A model generated the notes under the pieces. The model saw only the letters and a program-made list of their open reading frames with translations. It had not been told where the DNA came from and made no database searches. A stretch of DNA of 31,487 bases. Origin: a virus (taxonomy: Duplodnaviria; Caudoviricetes). A program made the position numbers and the translations under genes. Location of the stretch: positions 1 through 31,487 of the IMG/VR virus record IMGVR_UViG_3300021476_000020; one strand, 5' to 3'. This document shows, one piece after another, positions 16,155 through 25,392 of the stretch; within the stretch, counting starts at the first letter, position 1, and every line of letters starts with the position of its first letter.

Positions 16155-17296
16155 ACCTAAGAGATACATTCCGGCTCGTACAGGCTGATATTCTGGCAGG
16201 TAATGCCACGATCATCAAAGGCCCGCCGGGTTTTGGCAAGACCGACATGATGGCCAAAGTGGCCAAATGGCTGGTACAGCAGCATCCCGGAAAGCGTGTT
16301 GGGCTGAGTTGTTTCTTCATGGCAACGCAGTCGAGTATTGGCTTCACCGGATTACCGTGGAAAGGTGAAATGGTAGTCGAAGGAAACCGGTATACTATCA
16401 CAGACCCGGCTATACCACAGTGGTATATTGCCACGGATTTGGCCACTGGTGAGCGGCGTCCTGCGAACCTGTTCGATATAGTCTTGCTGGTCATTGAAGA
16501 ATGGGGTCAGGGCGATGCCGAAACAAAGCGAGCCGGTGCTGAGGTCTTGCGTGCCGGTGGCACTCCGCCGTGGTATCTCCCACCGGGAAGCCCTAGGATT
16601 GCTCTCACGAACGTCGATGCGCGAGATGGCGTCACGAAGGAATTTGATTTTGTTATCGGTCGCCGTGTTGAACGCACAGTCACGCCCGATGTGGATGTAT
16701 GGATCGAGGACTTCGCAGACAAGCCATACGAGTGGCAAGGGAAAAAGTGGAGTGTGTTACCCGTCACCAAAGCATGGGCGAAGCAGCACCCTGAAATCCT
16801 TTTTGAGCCAAAGCCCGAGAAACAAGGGCCGTGGTGCAATCCCCGCACGTTGACAATGGGCGATAGGTTCGTGCAGGTTATGACCGAGATGCATGGCGGC
16901 AAAACGCCAGTCAATAGTTCGCTGTTCATGGAAGGATTAGTTGGAACTATCGGTATGGCCGCAACAACTAGCTATGTCGGACATTTGCAGTTTCAGCTTG
17001 AGTTGCCGCACTATGAGGACGTGGTGAAAGACCCGATGGGAACACCAGTTCCGACCAAGGCTGACTTGCAGATGCTCATGGCGTATGAACTTGCCGGTCG
17101 CGTCAAGACACCTGATCTGGCTCAAGTAATCCAGTACATGAGCAAGAAACCCGGTATGCCGCAGGACATGGCGATTACGTTCGTGAGTAGTCTGTTACGT
17201 CGCGACTACAAGACAATCATCAATGAGCCGCCGATGCAGGCATGGATCAGCAAGAACGCCGGTCTTGTGTCTATCATCGCTGGATTGGCGCAGTGA
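16151..17296 (+). CDS. AAA+ ATPase (MoxR/AAA_5-like)
   Basis: Walker A GPPGFGKT, Walker B LLVIEE, ALTN sensor, NPRT motif; near a VWA gene. Confidence 0.8.
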   Translation: MNLRDTFRLVQADILAGNATIIKGPPGFGKTDMMAKVAKWLVQQHPGKRVGLSCFFMATQSSIGFTGLPWKGEMVVEGNRYTITDPAIPQWYIATDLATGERRPANLFDIVLLVIEEWGQGDAETKRAGAEVLRAGGTPPWYLPPGSPRIALTNVDARDGVTKEFDFVIGRRVERTVTPDVDVWIEDFADKPYEWQGKKWSVLPVTKAWAKQHPEILFEPKPEKQGPWCNPRTLTMGDRFVQVMTEMHGGKTPVNSSLFMEGLVGTIGMAATTSYVGHLQFQLELPHYEDVVKDPMGTPVPTKADLQMLMAYELAGRVKTPDLAQVIQYMSKKPGMPQDMAITFVSSLLRRDYKTIINEPPMQAWISKNAGLVSIIAGLAQ

Positions 17297-17391
17297 AACG
17301 GTATACGTCTGATATCGTAGATCAGTTATTGATTTGGTGTATGACTGATCCGCGGTATCAGGATCGTACAATAAAACCGAAAGGAAAGACC

Positions 17392-17712
17392 ATGGCGCAA
17401 CGACAATGGACTATTGAGGCAAGGGCTGACTTCGCCGACCCCGAGAAAAACGAAGCCATAACCGAAGCGGTGCGTCGCGCCGCCGTGCATATCAACGCCA
17501 CGTTGGAGTTATTGTCCGACGGACAGAAACCGCAAGTGGTGGTGTATTCCGATGATTTCTTCACCGGGCATAAGGATATCGCGCTGTTGCCTGATACACT
17601 TGGCAAAGCCATACAGGATCATGGCGGCGAGGAACCTGAAAAGGTGTCGGATGAACTCTTACAAGCCATGCGTGATTTGCAGCACGAGAAAAACGAGGAA
17701 AAGTCTAAATGA
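17392..17712 (+). CDS. Hypothetical protein (106 aa)
   Basis: GAAAGGA RBS before ATG 17392. Confidence 0.7.
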   Translation: MAQRQWTIEARADFADPEKNEAITEAVRRAAVHINATLELLSDGQKPQVVVYSDDFFTGHKDIALLPDTLGKAIQDHGGEEPEKVSDELLQAMRDLQHEKNEEKSK

Positions 17713-17936
17713 AGGTGAGATATGGTGTGGTTATAACACCACTACGTCGCTCTATCATCAACTCTTATGTGCAGAAACGCACCCATAGCGGCGTAAAATA
17801 CCAGTCGTTTCAGAGTTGGGTTGAGCTATGCCAGTGGGTAAATGACTTTGAGAGGTTCATGTGCTGTGGGTACAAAAGCGCGCAAGGGCAAGGAGCACAG
17901 GATACTGCGGCGAAAGATGATAGCCGCGTATCGTAG
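17709..17936 (+). CDS. Hypothetical protein
   Basis: ATGA-coupled; overlaps the alternative ORF 17842-18087. Confidence 0.35.
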   Translation: MKVRYGVVITPLRRSIINSYVQKRTHSGVKYQSFQSWVELCQWVNDFERFMCCGYKSAQGQGAQDTAAKDDSRVS

Positions 17937-18083
17937 ACGATGTAACGTCTGGTCTATGACCTATTTGCCCGACATGCCCGAGGCGCAATGGAAGCAGTTT
18001 GAACAATGGGTTCGAGACTACGGGGCGCGACCCGGCGAGGTTACCGCAGCGGTAAAACTTTTTACTTCGGCAAGGATCAAACG

Positions 18084-19391
18084 ATGACTGACTTACCGAA
18101 ACAAGTTCTCGCTCAAGCTGTGCTCACGCCCAAGCAAGAGGAAGCTTGGGAGAGCACTGTGTCAATGATGGCATGGACAGCGCCAGGGTTTCGGCACATA
18201 TGGTACAAGATGCTCGCCGAAAACCACAATGTGGGCGGGTCTAAATACGTTGCCATGATGTCGCCTGATGTCGATATAGCCGCTACAGATGGCAAAAACA
18301 TCATCATCAATCCTGAAAAGTATTTTGAGTTCAACCTGCATGAGCGCGTGTTCATAGCGGGACATGAGATTATTCACAACGTTTATGGTGATGTAGAATT
18401 GCTGTATCGTTGCCGCCAAGCAGGGCAGGTGCCGATGAATGACGGCACGAGCTTGCCATTTGACGAAGCCACCATGCAGAAGGCCATGGATTTGCGGATC
18501 AATGCACTTTTGAAAAAGAGCAAAATTGGCAGAGCGCCAAAAGTTGGACACTTCGATGACAGCATGGATGGCAGCGAAAGCGTGCTGGACGTGTATCAAA
18601 AAACGTACAAGAAGAAACCCGAAAGCGAACAAGGTGACGGCGAGGGACAAGGACAAGGTAATCCGGGAGGATTTGACAACCTGATGCAGCCGGGACAAAG
18701 CATGGGGCAGACCCCGAGCCAAGCCGCAGCACAGCGTAATCCGCAGCAGTGGGCGGTTGCGCTTGCAGCAGCGCAGACAATCGAACAGGCTAAAGCTCAA
18801 GGTAAAATGGCAGCAGCTTTGAAGCGCATGTTCAAGGACTTGCTTGAGCCGGAAGTCTATTGGCTAGACCATATCCAGACTATCATCAACCGTGTTGGTT
18901 CCAGTGGCGGTTGGGATTGGAAGCAACCGGATGAATGGTTCATTGGCCGGGATATTTATCAGCCACGCAAAACAGGCAAGGGGGCGGGCTGGATTGTTAT
19001 ATGGGGCGATACCTCAGGGTCGCGCGGCGACAACGAGATTGCGTCTAATATGGCCGAATTGGCTGGTATCATGGAAGACGTAAATCCCGCGCGTTTGACT
19101 GTACTGTGGTGTGATGCCAACGTAGATTACGTTGACGAGATCACGGATATATCCGACTTGGCGCATATTCAAGCGCGTGGCGTGAGCGGCGGCGGCGGTA
19201 CAAGCCAACACCCTGTATTCGACTGGATTGCAAACCAGATGGACAAGCCCGACATGTATATCGGGTTTACCGATGGCTATGTGGACTTCCCCAAGGAACC
19301 GGCGTTCCCGGTGATCTGGGCGAGCAGTACGGATAAACCGTACCCGTATGGTCAAGTGGTGCGAGTGAACAAGAGGACACAGCAGCCATGA
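18084..19391 (+). CDS. DUF2201-like putative metallopeptidase with C-terminal VWA domain
   Basis: AATDG, HEIIH (HExxH), MIDAS DTSGS, GGGT and FTDG; AAGGATCA RBS. Confidence 0.88.
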   Translation: MTDLPKQVLAQAVLTPKQEEAWESTVSMMAWTAPGFRHIWYKMLAENHNVGGSKYVAMMSPDVDIAATDGKNIIINPEKYFEFNLHERVFIAGHEIIHNVYGDVELLYRCRQAGQVPMNDGTSLPFDEATMQKAMDLRINALLKKSKIGRAPKVGHFDDSMDGSESVLDVYQKTYKKKPESEQGDGEGQGQGNPGGFDNLMQPGQSMGQTPSQAAAQRNPQQWAVALAAAQTIEQAKAQGKMAAALKRMFKDLLEPEVYWLDHIQTIINRVGSSGGWDWKQPDEWFIGRDIYQPRKTGKGAGWIVIWGDTSGSRGDNEIASNMAELAGIMEDVNPARLTVLWCDANVDYVDEITDISDLAHIQARGVSGGGGTSQHPVFDWIANQMDKPDMYIGFTDGYVDFPKEPAFPVIWASSTDKPYPYGQVVRVNKRTQQP

Positions 19392-19654
19392 GCGAACAAG
19401 AACGCACAAGATTTCGGTCGTTTGCCGAGCGCTATCTGATCGAGCGCGCTAAAACGTTCCATACAGAGGAAGAATTGGAAGACGGTTGGAAAGCCATTGA
19501 AGATGCCAAGAAACTCTACGTAATGGTAGAGAGTGCTGGTTTGCAGATGTTTCCATTCGTTCCAGAAACTGATCTCAAACAAAGTGCTATGCAGGCTAAG
19601 ACGCCTAGCTCAATGGGACAATCTATCCCGCCGTCTTCGTGGTTCAAACCCTAA
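19388..19654 (+). CDS. Hypothetical protein
   Basis: ATGA-coupled; GAGG RBS. Confidence 0.65.
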   Translation: MSEQERTRFRSFAERYLIERAKTFHTEEELEDGWKAIEDAKKLYVMVESAGLQMFPFVPETDLKQSAMQAKTPSSMGQSIPPSSWFKP

Positions 19655-19671
19655 AGTAAAGGATAACCTCA

Positions 19672-20382
19672 ATGGCACGTCGTCGTAAACCTGGTGATAT
19701 AGTGAAACCGCTTGATGCCGCGTTCAATAATCTCAACGCAGTGGAACGTGCTGTTGCTAGCACGATGGTAGATGTTACTTTTTCAGTATGGGATATGGCC
19801 CACTGGTTATGGCCGCTTGAGATTGTGGAGAAATTATCCGATGCTTTTCCGTACACCAAATCACCTTACAAAATAAATGCGCAGGAAAAGGTTATTGTGC
19901 CCTGTAATGGCGCTCTGTCGATGGTTTGTGATTTCAACATTAATTTGGATAAATGCGGGATGTGTTGTCCCGATACCGGACATGTTTCTATGCAGCCGGG
20001 ACATGATAATATTATTAAGACCCTAAAAAACGTATATGATATTCACTTGAAATTTGAACAAGTTAGGCGGGTACTCCGGTGGTTGAACAACCACGCCACG
20101 CTAGGAGCCACACGAAATTATTTTCCATCCGTTGTGGCCTTATTGCCCACAACTCATGCCATACATCAAGTACACGGCAACAACTTTCGTGAACCAATTG
20201 AACCAATGGGGACTATTGCGGCAGACATGCGCGAAGCCGGCTTAACAATGGCGAGTGCGCTGTTATGCCAGCGGGATCACCCGTCCAAACGTGACGTTGT
20301 AGTGACATTTATGACTACGCGTACCGATACGGAGCCGGGTCAATCCGGTAGTAATATGTCGGACTATTTCGGATTAATTTGA
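19672..20382 (+). CDS. Hypothetical protein (236 aa)
   Basis: AAAGGA RBS; long ORF. Confidence 0.75.
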   Translation: MARRRKPGDIVKPLDAAFNNLNAVERAVASTMVDVTFSVWDMAHWLWPLEIVEKLSDAFPYTKSPYKINAQEKVIVPCNGALSMVCDFNINLDKCGMCCPDTGHVSMQPGHDNIIKTLKNVYDIHLKFEQVRRVLRWLNNHATLGATRNYFPSVVALLPTTHAIHQVHGNNFREPIEPMGTIAADMREAGLTMASALLCQRDHPSKRDVVVTFMTTRTDTEPGQSGSNMSDYFGLI

Positions 20383-20396
20383 CTTTAGGGGTGAAC

Positions 20397-20425
20397 TGGC
20401 GTAAATTCTCCCGGAATTTACGCCA
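20397..20425. promoter_or_regulatory. Perfect 12-bp hairpin upstream of the polymerase gene
   Basis: TGGCGTAAATTC-tcccg-GAATTTACGCCA. Confidence 0.5.
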
Positions 20426-20443
20426 AAACCCCAGGGGATGTAA

Positions 20444-22345
20444 GTGGGAATTCTCTTTCTAGATTTCGAAACATATTACGCACAGGAATATTCACTCTCA
20501 CATATGACACCGCCCGAGTACATCTTGGACCCAAGGTTCGAGACTATCGGGTGCGCGGTCAAGCGGGATAATGAACCGTCATTCTGGGTAGACGGACCCG
20601 ACTTCGCAGCCTTCCTGAAAACGGTGGACCCGGAGGTTACCACGACGGTAACATTCAACGCGCTTTTTGATAATTGTATCTTGGCGTGGCGTTATGGCTT
20701 TGTGCCGGCGAGGATGCTTTGCTCGATGCGCATGGCGGCGACATTGCGTGGGCACATGCTTGATGGCGTAAGCCTTAAAAAGGTTGCAGCTACGCTAAAA
20801 TTAGGCGTGAAAGGCGATACGATTGCCAATGTCCGTGGGATGCGGCGCATGGATATTATGTCTAATCCGGCGCTGTGGGCCGCATATCAGGCATACGCCA
20901 ACAACGACAACGAGTTGAGTGCAAAGATATTTGACTTGTTGTTGCCGGAGTTCCCGCACTCCGAGCGCAAGGTCATGGATAAGGTCTTACGATGCGCCGT
21001 GGTGCCGAAATTTGAGATAGACGAGCCGATGCTCAAGCAGCATCTGGGTGATTTACAAGCCGACAAGGTGAAACTCCTCGAAGAAGCAGCAGAGCGCCCA
21101 TTACCTACCGAAGCCGATCAAGAAGCGTTCGCGAAAAACCTTCGCAGTTCAGCGTTGTTCGAGACACTCTTAAAGGCGCGCGGTGTGGATATAGAATACA
21201 AACCAAGCCAAACAGGTGGCCCCGACATTCCTGCGTTCGCCAAGACCGACGAGTTTATGAGCAACCTTTTGGAGAACGAAGACCCAGTAGTAGCGTCATT
21301 GGCGGAAGCTCGTCTAGGTGTACGCAGCACGATTGAAGAAAGCCGGGGGGAAAGGATACTGCGCATATCAGGTATGCAGTGGCCGAGTGGACGCCCGCTG
21401 ATGCCGATACCGCTTCGCTACAGCGGTGCGCATACGCACAGGTTGTCCGGTGACTGGCTTGTCAACATGCAAAACCTGCCGAGTGGTCGTGGCGCTAAAA
21501 AATCTAAATTGCGCAAGGCGCTTATCGCCCCGGTTGGTCACAAGGTGGTAGTCGCAGACCTAGCACAAATAGAGTGCCGAATAAATGCATGGTTGTGTGG
21601 TCAGAAGGACTTGCTGGAACAATTCGCTAACGGCCAAGACCCATACGCGCTCCTTGCGTCACATGTGTTCGGTTTTGCAGTGGACAAAAAGGTTCACTTG
21701 CTGGAACGGTTCATTGGCAAAGCGGGTGTGCTTGGCCTAGGATTTTATTGCGGAGCCACGAAGTTCTACAACATGGTGCTGAGGTCGGCGCGCAGCATGG
21801 GAATGGATATGACCGCGCTGTTAAAGGTGTGGAATGAACCGCTGGCCCAACGAACGGTGTACGTTTACAGGAACCAAAACCGTGCCATTGTAAATATGTG
21901 GAAGCGCCTGGAAGACGTTTTGGACACCGCATGGTCTGGCAATGGGCCAGCCGTGAAGGTAGGCCCGTGTATCGTGGGGCATGGATATGTCGAAGGGCCT
22001 CTTGGTCTCCGCATGAAGTACATGGTGTTGCCGAAGCGCGACCACGAATGGTATTACCGCTATGGTAACCGCGTTTACAAAATGTATAGCGGGAAGTTTC
22101 TCGAAAACCTCGTGCAGTTTTTGGCGAGAATAGTCATTATGCACGCAGCGCTACGCATATCAGACCGCGGTTATACATTCGCCTTACAGTCACACGACGA
22201 GCTAGCGTTCATTGTGCGCGATGAAGACGTAGACAATGCCAAAAAGATCGTGTATGAGGAAATGACACGTCGCCCCTCATGGGCACCGGATTTACCTCTG
22301 CAAGCTGAAGTTGGAGGCGGGCAGTCATACGGGGACGCAAAGTAA
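20444..22345 (+). CDS. polA: DNA polymerase family A with 3'-5' exonuclease domain
   Basis: ExoI LDFET, ExoII FNALFD, NMQNLP, motif A ADLAQIECR, motif B RFIGKAGVLGLGF, motif C SHDE. Confidence 0.93.
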   Translation: MGILFLDFETYYAQEYSLSHMTPPEYILDPRFETIGCAVKRDNEPSFWVDGPDFAAFLKTVDPEVTTTVTFNALFDNCILAWRYGFVPARMLCSMRMAATLRGHMLDGVSLKKVAATLKLGVKGDTIANVRGMRRMDIMSNPALWAAYQAYANNDNELSAKIFDLLLPEFPHSERKVMDKVLRCAVVPKFEIDEPMLKQHLGDLQADKVKLLEEAAERPLPTEADQEAFAKNLRSSALFETLLKARGVDIEYKPSQTGGPDIPAFAKTDEFMSNLLENEDPVVASLAEARLGVRSTIEESRGERILRISGMQWPSGRPLMPIPLRYSGAHTHRLSGDWLVNMQNLPSGRGAKKSKLRKALIAPVGHKVVVADLAQIECRINAWLCGQKDLLEQFANGQDPYALLASHVFGFAVDKKVHLLERFIGKAGVLGLGFYCGATKFYNMVLRSARSMGMDMTALLKVWNEPLAQRTVYVYRNQNRAIVNMWKRLEDVLDTAWSGNGPAVKVGPCIVGHGYVEGPLGLRMKYMVLPKRDHEWYYRYGNRVYKMYSGKFLENLVQFLARIVIMHAALRISDRGYTFALQSHDELAFIVRDEDVDNAKKIVYEEMTRRPSWAPDLPLQAEVGGGQSYGDAK

Positions 22346-22346
22346 C

Positions 22347-22595
22347 ATGCCGTACATTAGTGCAGAAACCAAGATCGCGATTGACGAGCGGGGGATGAAG
22401 GCCGTCAGGAACGCTGGCGACCTGAATTATCTCATCACGACGCAATTGATACGGTTTTGGGAGCGCGACAAGCGCTATCTCACTATATGTATCATCATTG
22501 GTACGCTGGTGTGTGCAGCATTTGAGTTCTACCGGCGCGTTGCCGCGAAGTATGAGGATGAAAAAATCAAACAAAATGGGGATGTATATCCGTGA
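22347..22595 (+). CDS. DUF6899-like phage protein
   Basis: MPYI...GDLNYLIT...EFYRRVAAKYEDEKIKQNGDVY pattern. Confidence 0.65.
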   Translation: MPYISAETKIAIDERGMKAVRNAGDLNYLITTQLIRFWERDKRYLTICIIIGTLVCAAFEFYRRVAAKYEDEKIKQNGDVYP

Positions 22596-23575
22596 GCATT
22601 CTCATTACAGGTGGCGCAGGTTATATTGGAAGCCAGATTGCGTGGACACTGGCCGATGCCGGTATACCCGATAATGTGGTAGTGCTGGATCGTCTCGACA
22701 AAGTACCTTGCAATCTCCCCACTGGCGTAAAAACAATAATGGGAGACATAAATGATCAAGATTTAGTCGCGAAAGTGATCCGGCAAAACAATATTGATAA
22801 GATCATACACTGTGCGGCCGTAACATCAGTCCCGCAATCGGTTAAGTTACCATTCTGGTATTACCAAAATAACGTCTGTAATACACATATGCTGCTGTCT
22901 GTAGCAGTTCGGTTGAGGGTCAAGCAATTCATCTTTTCATCGTCATCGGCTGTGTATGGTGATCCCGAGTTCGTTCGTCCGATGAAAGAGGATGACTCCC
23001 TGCGGCCTATGTCACCCTACGGCTGGTCAAAGCTCATGGGCGAGCAAATCATCAAAGACACCGCCAAGGTATATGGGTTTAACTACGCCATTTTGAGATT
23101 TTTCAATGTAGCCGGGGCCGACCCGCAGATGCGAACAGGGCCGACTCTGTATAATTCGGGGATGATATTCAGGGTCGCTTGCGAGACAGCCTTGGGGCGT
23201 CGCCCGATGTTCGATATCAAAGGAACCGACTATCCTACACCAGATGGCACGGCGGTACGGGATTACGTCCATGTAGCCGATGTGGCCCGAGCGCATGTGG
23301 ATATGTTGGAGCAAGGGATCGGGAAAAACTTAATCCTGAATGTGGGATGCGGCCACGGGTATTCGGTAAGAGAAATTCTAGGCGCGCTAGAAGCCATTCA
23401 GGGAGCCGGTAGTATCCCGTTTCGGTTACAAGAGCGCCGCCTAGGTGACCCCGCCAAAGTGATCGCTGACGTATCCGCCCTCAAACAATTTGGATGGACT
23501 CCGCACCATGATATTAGAACAATCGCCCTCCACGCCCTCCGATGGGAACGACACCTCGATCCCGAACGTGACTGA
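22592..23575 (+). CDS. galE: UDP-glucose 4-epimerase-like extended SDR
   Basis: GGAGYIGS, FSSSSAVYG, YGWSK (YxxxK), LRFFNVAGA, DYPTPDGTAVRDYVHV. Confidence 0.9.
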   Translation: MSILITGGAGYIGSQIAWTLADAGIPDNVVVLDRLDKVPCNLPTGVKTIMGDINDQDLVAKVIRQNNIDKIIHCAAVTSVPQSVKLPFWYYQNNVCNTHMLLSVAVRLRVKQFIFSSSSAVYGDPEFVRPMKEDDSLRPMSPYGWSKLMGEQIIKDTAKVYGFNYAILRFFNVAGADPQMRTGPTLYNSGMIFRVACETALGRRPMFDIKGTDYPTPDGTAVRDYVHVADVARAHVDMLEQGIGKNLILNVGCGHGYSVREILGALEAIQGAGSIPFRLQERRLGDPAKVIADVSALKQFGWTPHHDIRTIALHALRWERHLDPERD

Positions 23576-23888
23576 CATTACCGCGGCGGTAACCGAAGAA
23601 TTATCGATCCCGGATTTTCTCTTGCGCAATCCGGATAATTCGTTTAAGCATCCTAACGCGCAAGTACCAGGAGTATCCTATGACCGACCTGTTGTTGATG
23701 GCCATATTTCTTTTGATGGTAATGGCCATATTGCACAAGATCGTGTGGCCGCGGCGGTAGACGAGTTCAAGGAACGAGAGAAACAGAAAACTCGCGCGCG
23801 TATATCAAAAATGAAGTCTCGCCTCGCAGATAAAGCCGCTGTACGAGCCGGCAAGAAGTGGGACGGAGTAAATGGAGGATGGAAATGA
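23568..23888 (+). CDS. Hypothetical protein
   Basis: Probable GTG start overlapping the galE end; LSIPDFL segment. Confidence 0.6.
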   Translation: MTDITAAVTEELSIPDFLLRNPDNSFKHPNAQVPGVSYDRPVVDGHISFDGNGHIAQDRVAAAVDEFKEREKQKTRARISKMKSRLADKAAVRAGKKWDGVNGGWK

Positions 23889-24229
23889 GTGAAATTATGA
23901 TAGGTGCCCCACCGATTGGTGAGTTGGAACAAGAATTTCTTGATTTTCACGCCGCTAATCCACAGGTGTATACCTATGTCAAACGCTATGCCGCCGCCGC
24001 GCGTAGTGTAGGCTATACAAAATTCGCTATCGCATGTATCTGGGAGCGCGTGCGTTGGGAACTTATGATTACAACCGTAGGGGCGGAATTTGTGTTGCCT
24101 AACAACCATAGAGCATACTACGCTCGTCTTCTTATGAGGGATGATCCTTTATATGAGGGATTTTTTCGCATTGCTATGTTGCGTAGTATACACAAAGAAG
24201 CAGTAGATCGGTATGGGAGGGTTATATGA
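23885..24229 (+). CDS. Phage hypothetical protein
   Basis: GGAGG RBS; FHAANPQVY...IWERVRW...NNHRAYYARL. Confidence 0.7.
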   Translation: MSEIMIGAPPIGELEQEFLDFHAANPQVYTYVKRYAAAARSVGYTKFAIACIWERVRWELMITTVGAEFVLPNNHRAYYARLLMRDDPLYEGFFRIAMLRSIHKEAVDRYGRVI

Positions 24230-24597
24230 AGATTTATCTCGCAGGCCCAATGCGCAATATCCCGAATTTCAACTTCCCGGCTTTTGATTATGCAGCCGCA
24301 AAGTTACGAGACGAAGGCCACGAAGTATTCTCCCCCGCCGATCATGATCGTCAGCAAAACGGCGACGAGATTGGGAACAATCCAACTGGGGATGAAAGTG
24401 AAGCCACAAAAACGTTTGGATTTTCTTTGCGACGTGCGCTAGCAGCGGATACAGCTTACATTTGCCGTCAGGCGGACGCCATTGCGTTGTTACCAGGATG
24501 GGAAAAATCCAGTGGTGCCAGCGCGGAATATGCCCTCGCCCGGTGCTTGGGCCTTACGATTATCATTCTAGGAAAGGAATACACTCATGTCGCCTGA
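24226..24597 (+). CDS. DUF4406 / nucleoside 2-deoxyribosyltransferase-like protein
   Basis: KIYLAGPM...NFPAF...SPA...LPGWEKSSGASAE. Confidence 0.82.
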   Translation: MKIYLAGPMRNIPNFNFPAFDYAAAKLRDEGHEVFSPADHDRQQNGDEIGNNPTGDESEATKTFGFSLRRALAADTAYICRQADAIALLPGWEKSSGASAEYALARCLGLTIIILGKEYTHVA

Positions 24598-25003
24598 AGT
24601 AGTACAACGCGCGCAGGCGCGCGCGGATCAAAATGTCGCGGCGGCGAGTGCGCCGCGTCCGTCCGCCGAGATTACCGGCCGCCTGATCGACCACTTAACA
24701 AGCGCTCAACGGAAAGAGTATCCGATGGCCACGGGGCTGCTGGATTACTTTCCCGATGCCCTCGCCCTTGTGTCGCATGTGAGTTATCTGGGCAATCAGA
24801 AGCACAACCCCGGTGAACCCCTGGGCTGGTCGCGTGATAAGTCAGCGGATCATGCTGATTGTGTTATACGCCATATGAGCACCCGCACCGACTATGATGG
24901 CAAGGTGTTACATTTGGCCGAGGCGGCGTGGCGCGTATTGGCCGAGTTGCAATTGGCCCTTGAGAAGAAATATAATCTTGCACCGCCCCGAGGTGCCAAA
25001 TAG
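24587..25003 (+). CDS. dATP/dGTP diphosphohydrolase-like (DUF5664) protein
   Basis: YFPDAL..VSHVSYLGNQKH...W...DCVIRH...HLAEAAWRVLA pattern. Confidence 0.75.
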   Translation: MSPEVVQRAQARADQNVAAASAPRPSAEITGRLIDHLTSAQRKEYPMATGLLDYFPDALALVSHVSYLGNQKHNPGEPLGWSRDKSADHADCVIRHMSTRTDYDGKVLHLAEAAWRVLAELQLALEKKYNLAPPRGAK

Positions 25004-25014
25004 GATTTGTTACC

Positions 25015-25392
25015 GTGACGGTAATATCTGATAGGACGCGGGCCGAAATGGAAGCCGGGGCCTTGGCGGTTGCCAAGGCTGCTGGCAAAAATAGTTTGCC
25101 GCCAGGATACATGGAAGCCTTGTTAAAGACACAAGACAGACACAAACTATTCCGGCAGTGGGAACGAGAGGGGAAAATACATGTGAACCGTGTTGCAACA
25201 CATAGTCCGTATATAGACCCAAGCGATGGTATGCCGCCCGTACAATGGCGTACAGTGGTACGTGTCTTATCCCGCACCCGCAAAGAGTACGCTACTTTCA
25301 CCGATGAAATTGCCGAGGCTGCCGGCGGTTTCCCCAGTGAAGTCCTAATCGCGAATATCGCCCTTGCCCTTTCTGCATGTGGAGAAATCTGA
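25015..25392 (+). CDS. Hypothetical protein
   Basis: Fills the gap in the operon; stop overlaps the next start. Confidence 0.65.
   Translation: MTVISDRTRAEMEAGALAVAKAAGKNSLPPGYMEALLKTQDRHKLFRQWEREGKIHVNRVATHSPYIDPSDGMPPVQWRTVVRVLSRTRKEYATFTDEIAEAAGGFPSEVLIANIALALSACGEI

Noticed and set aside
20444-25003. 2-aminoadenine (Z-genome) system
   Set aside because: No PurZ in the window, and DUF5664/DUF4406 are common in phages without it; kept only as a general modification hypothesis.
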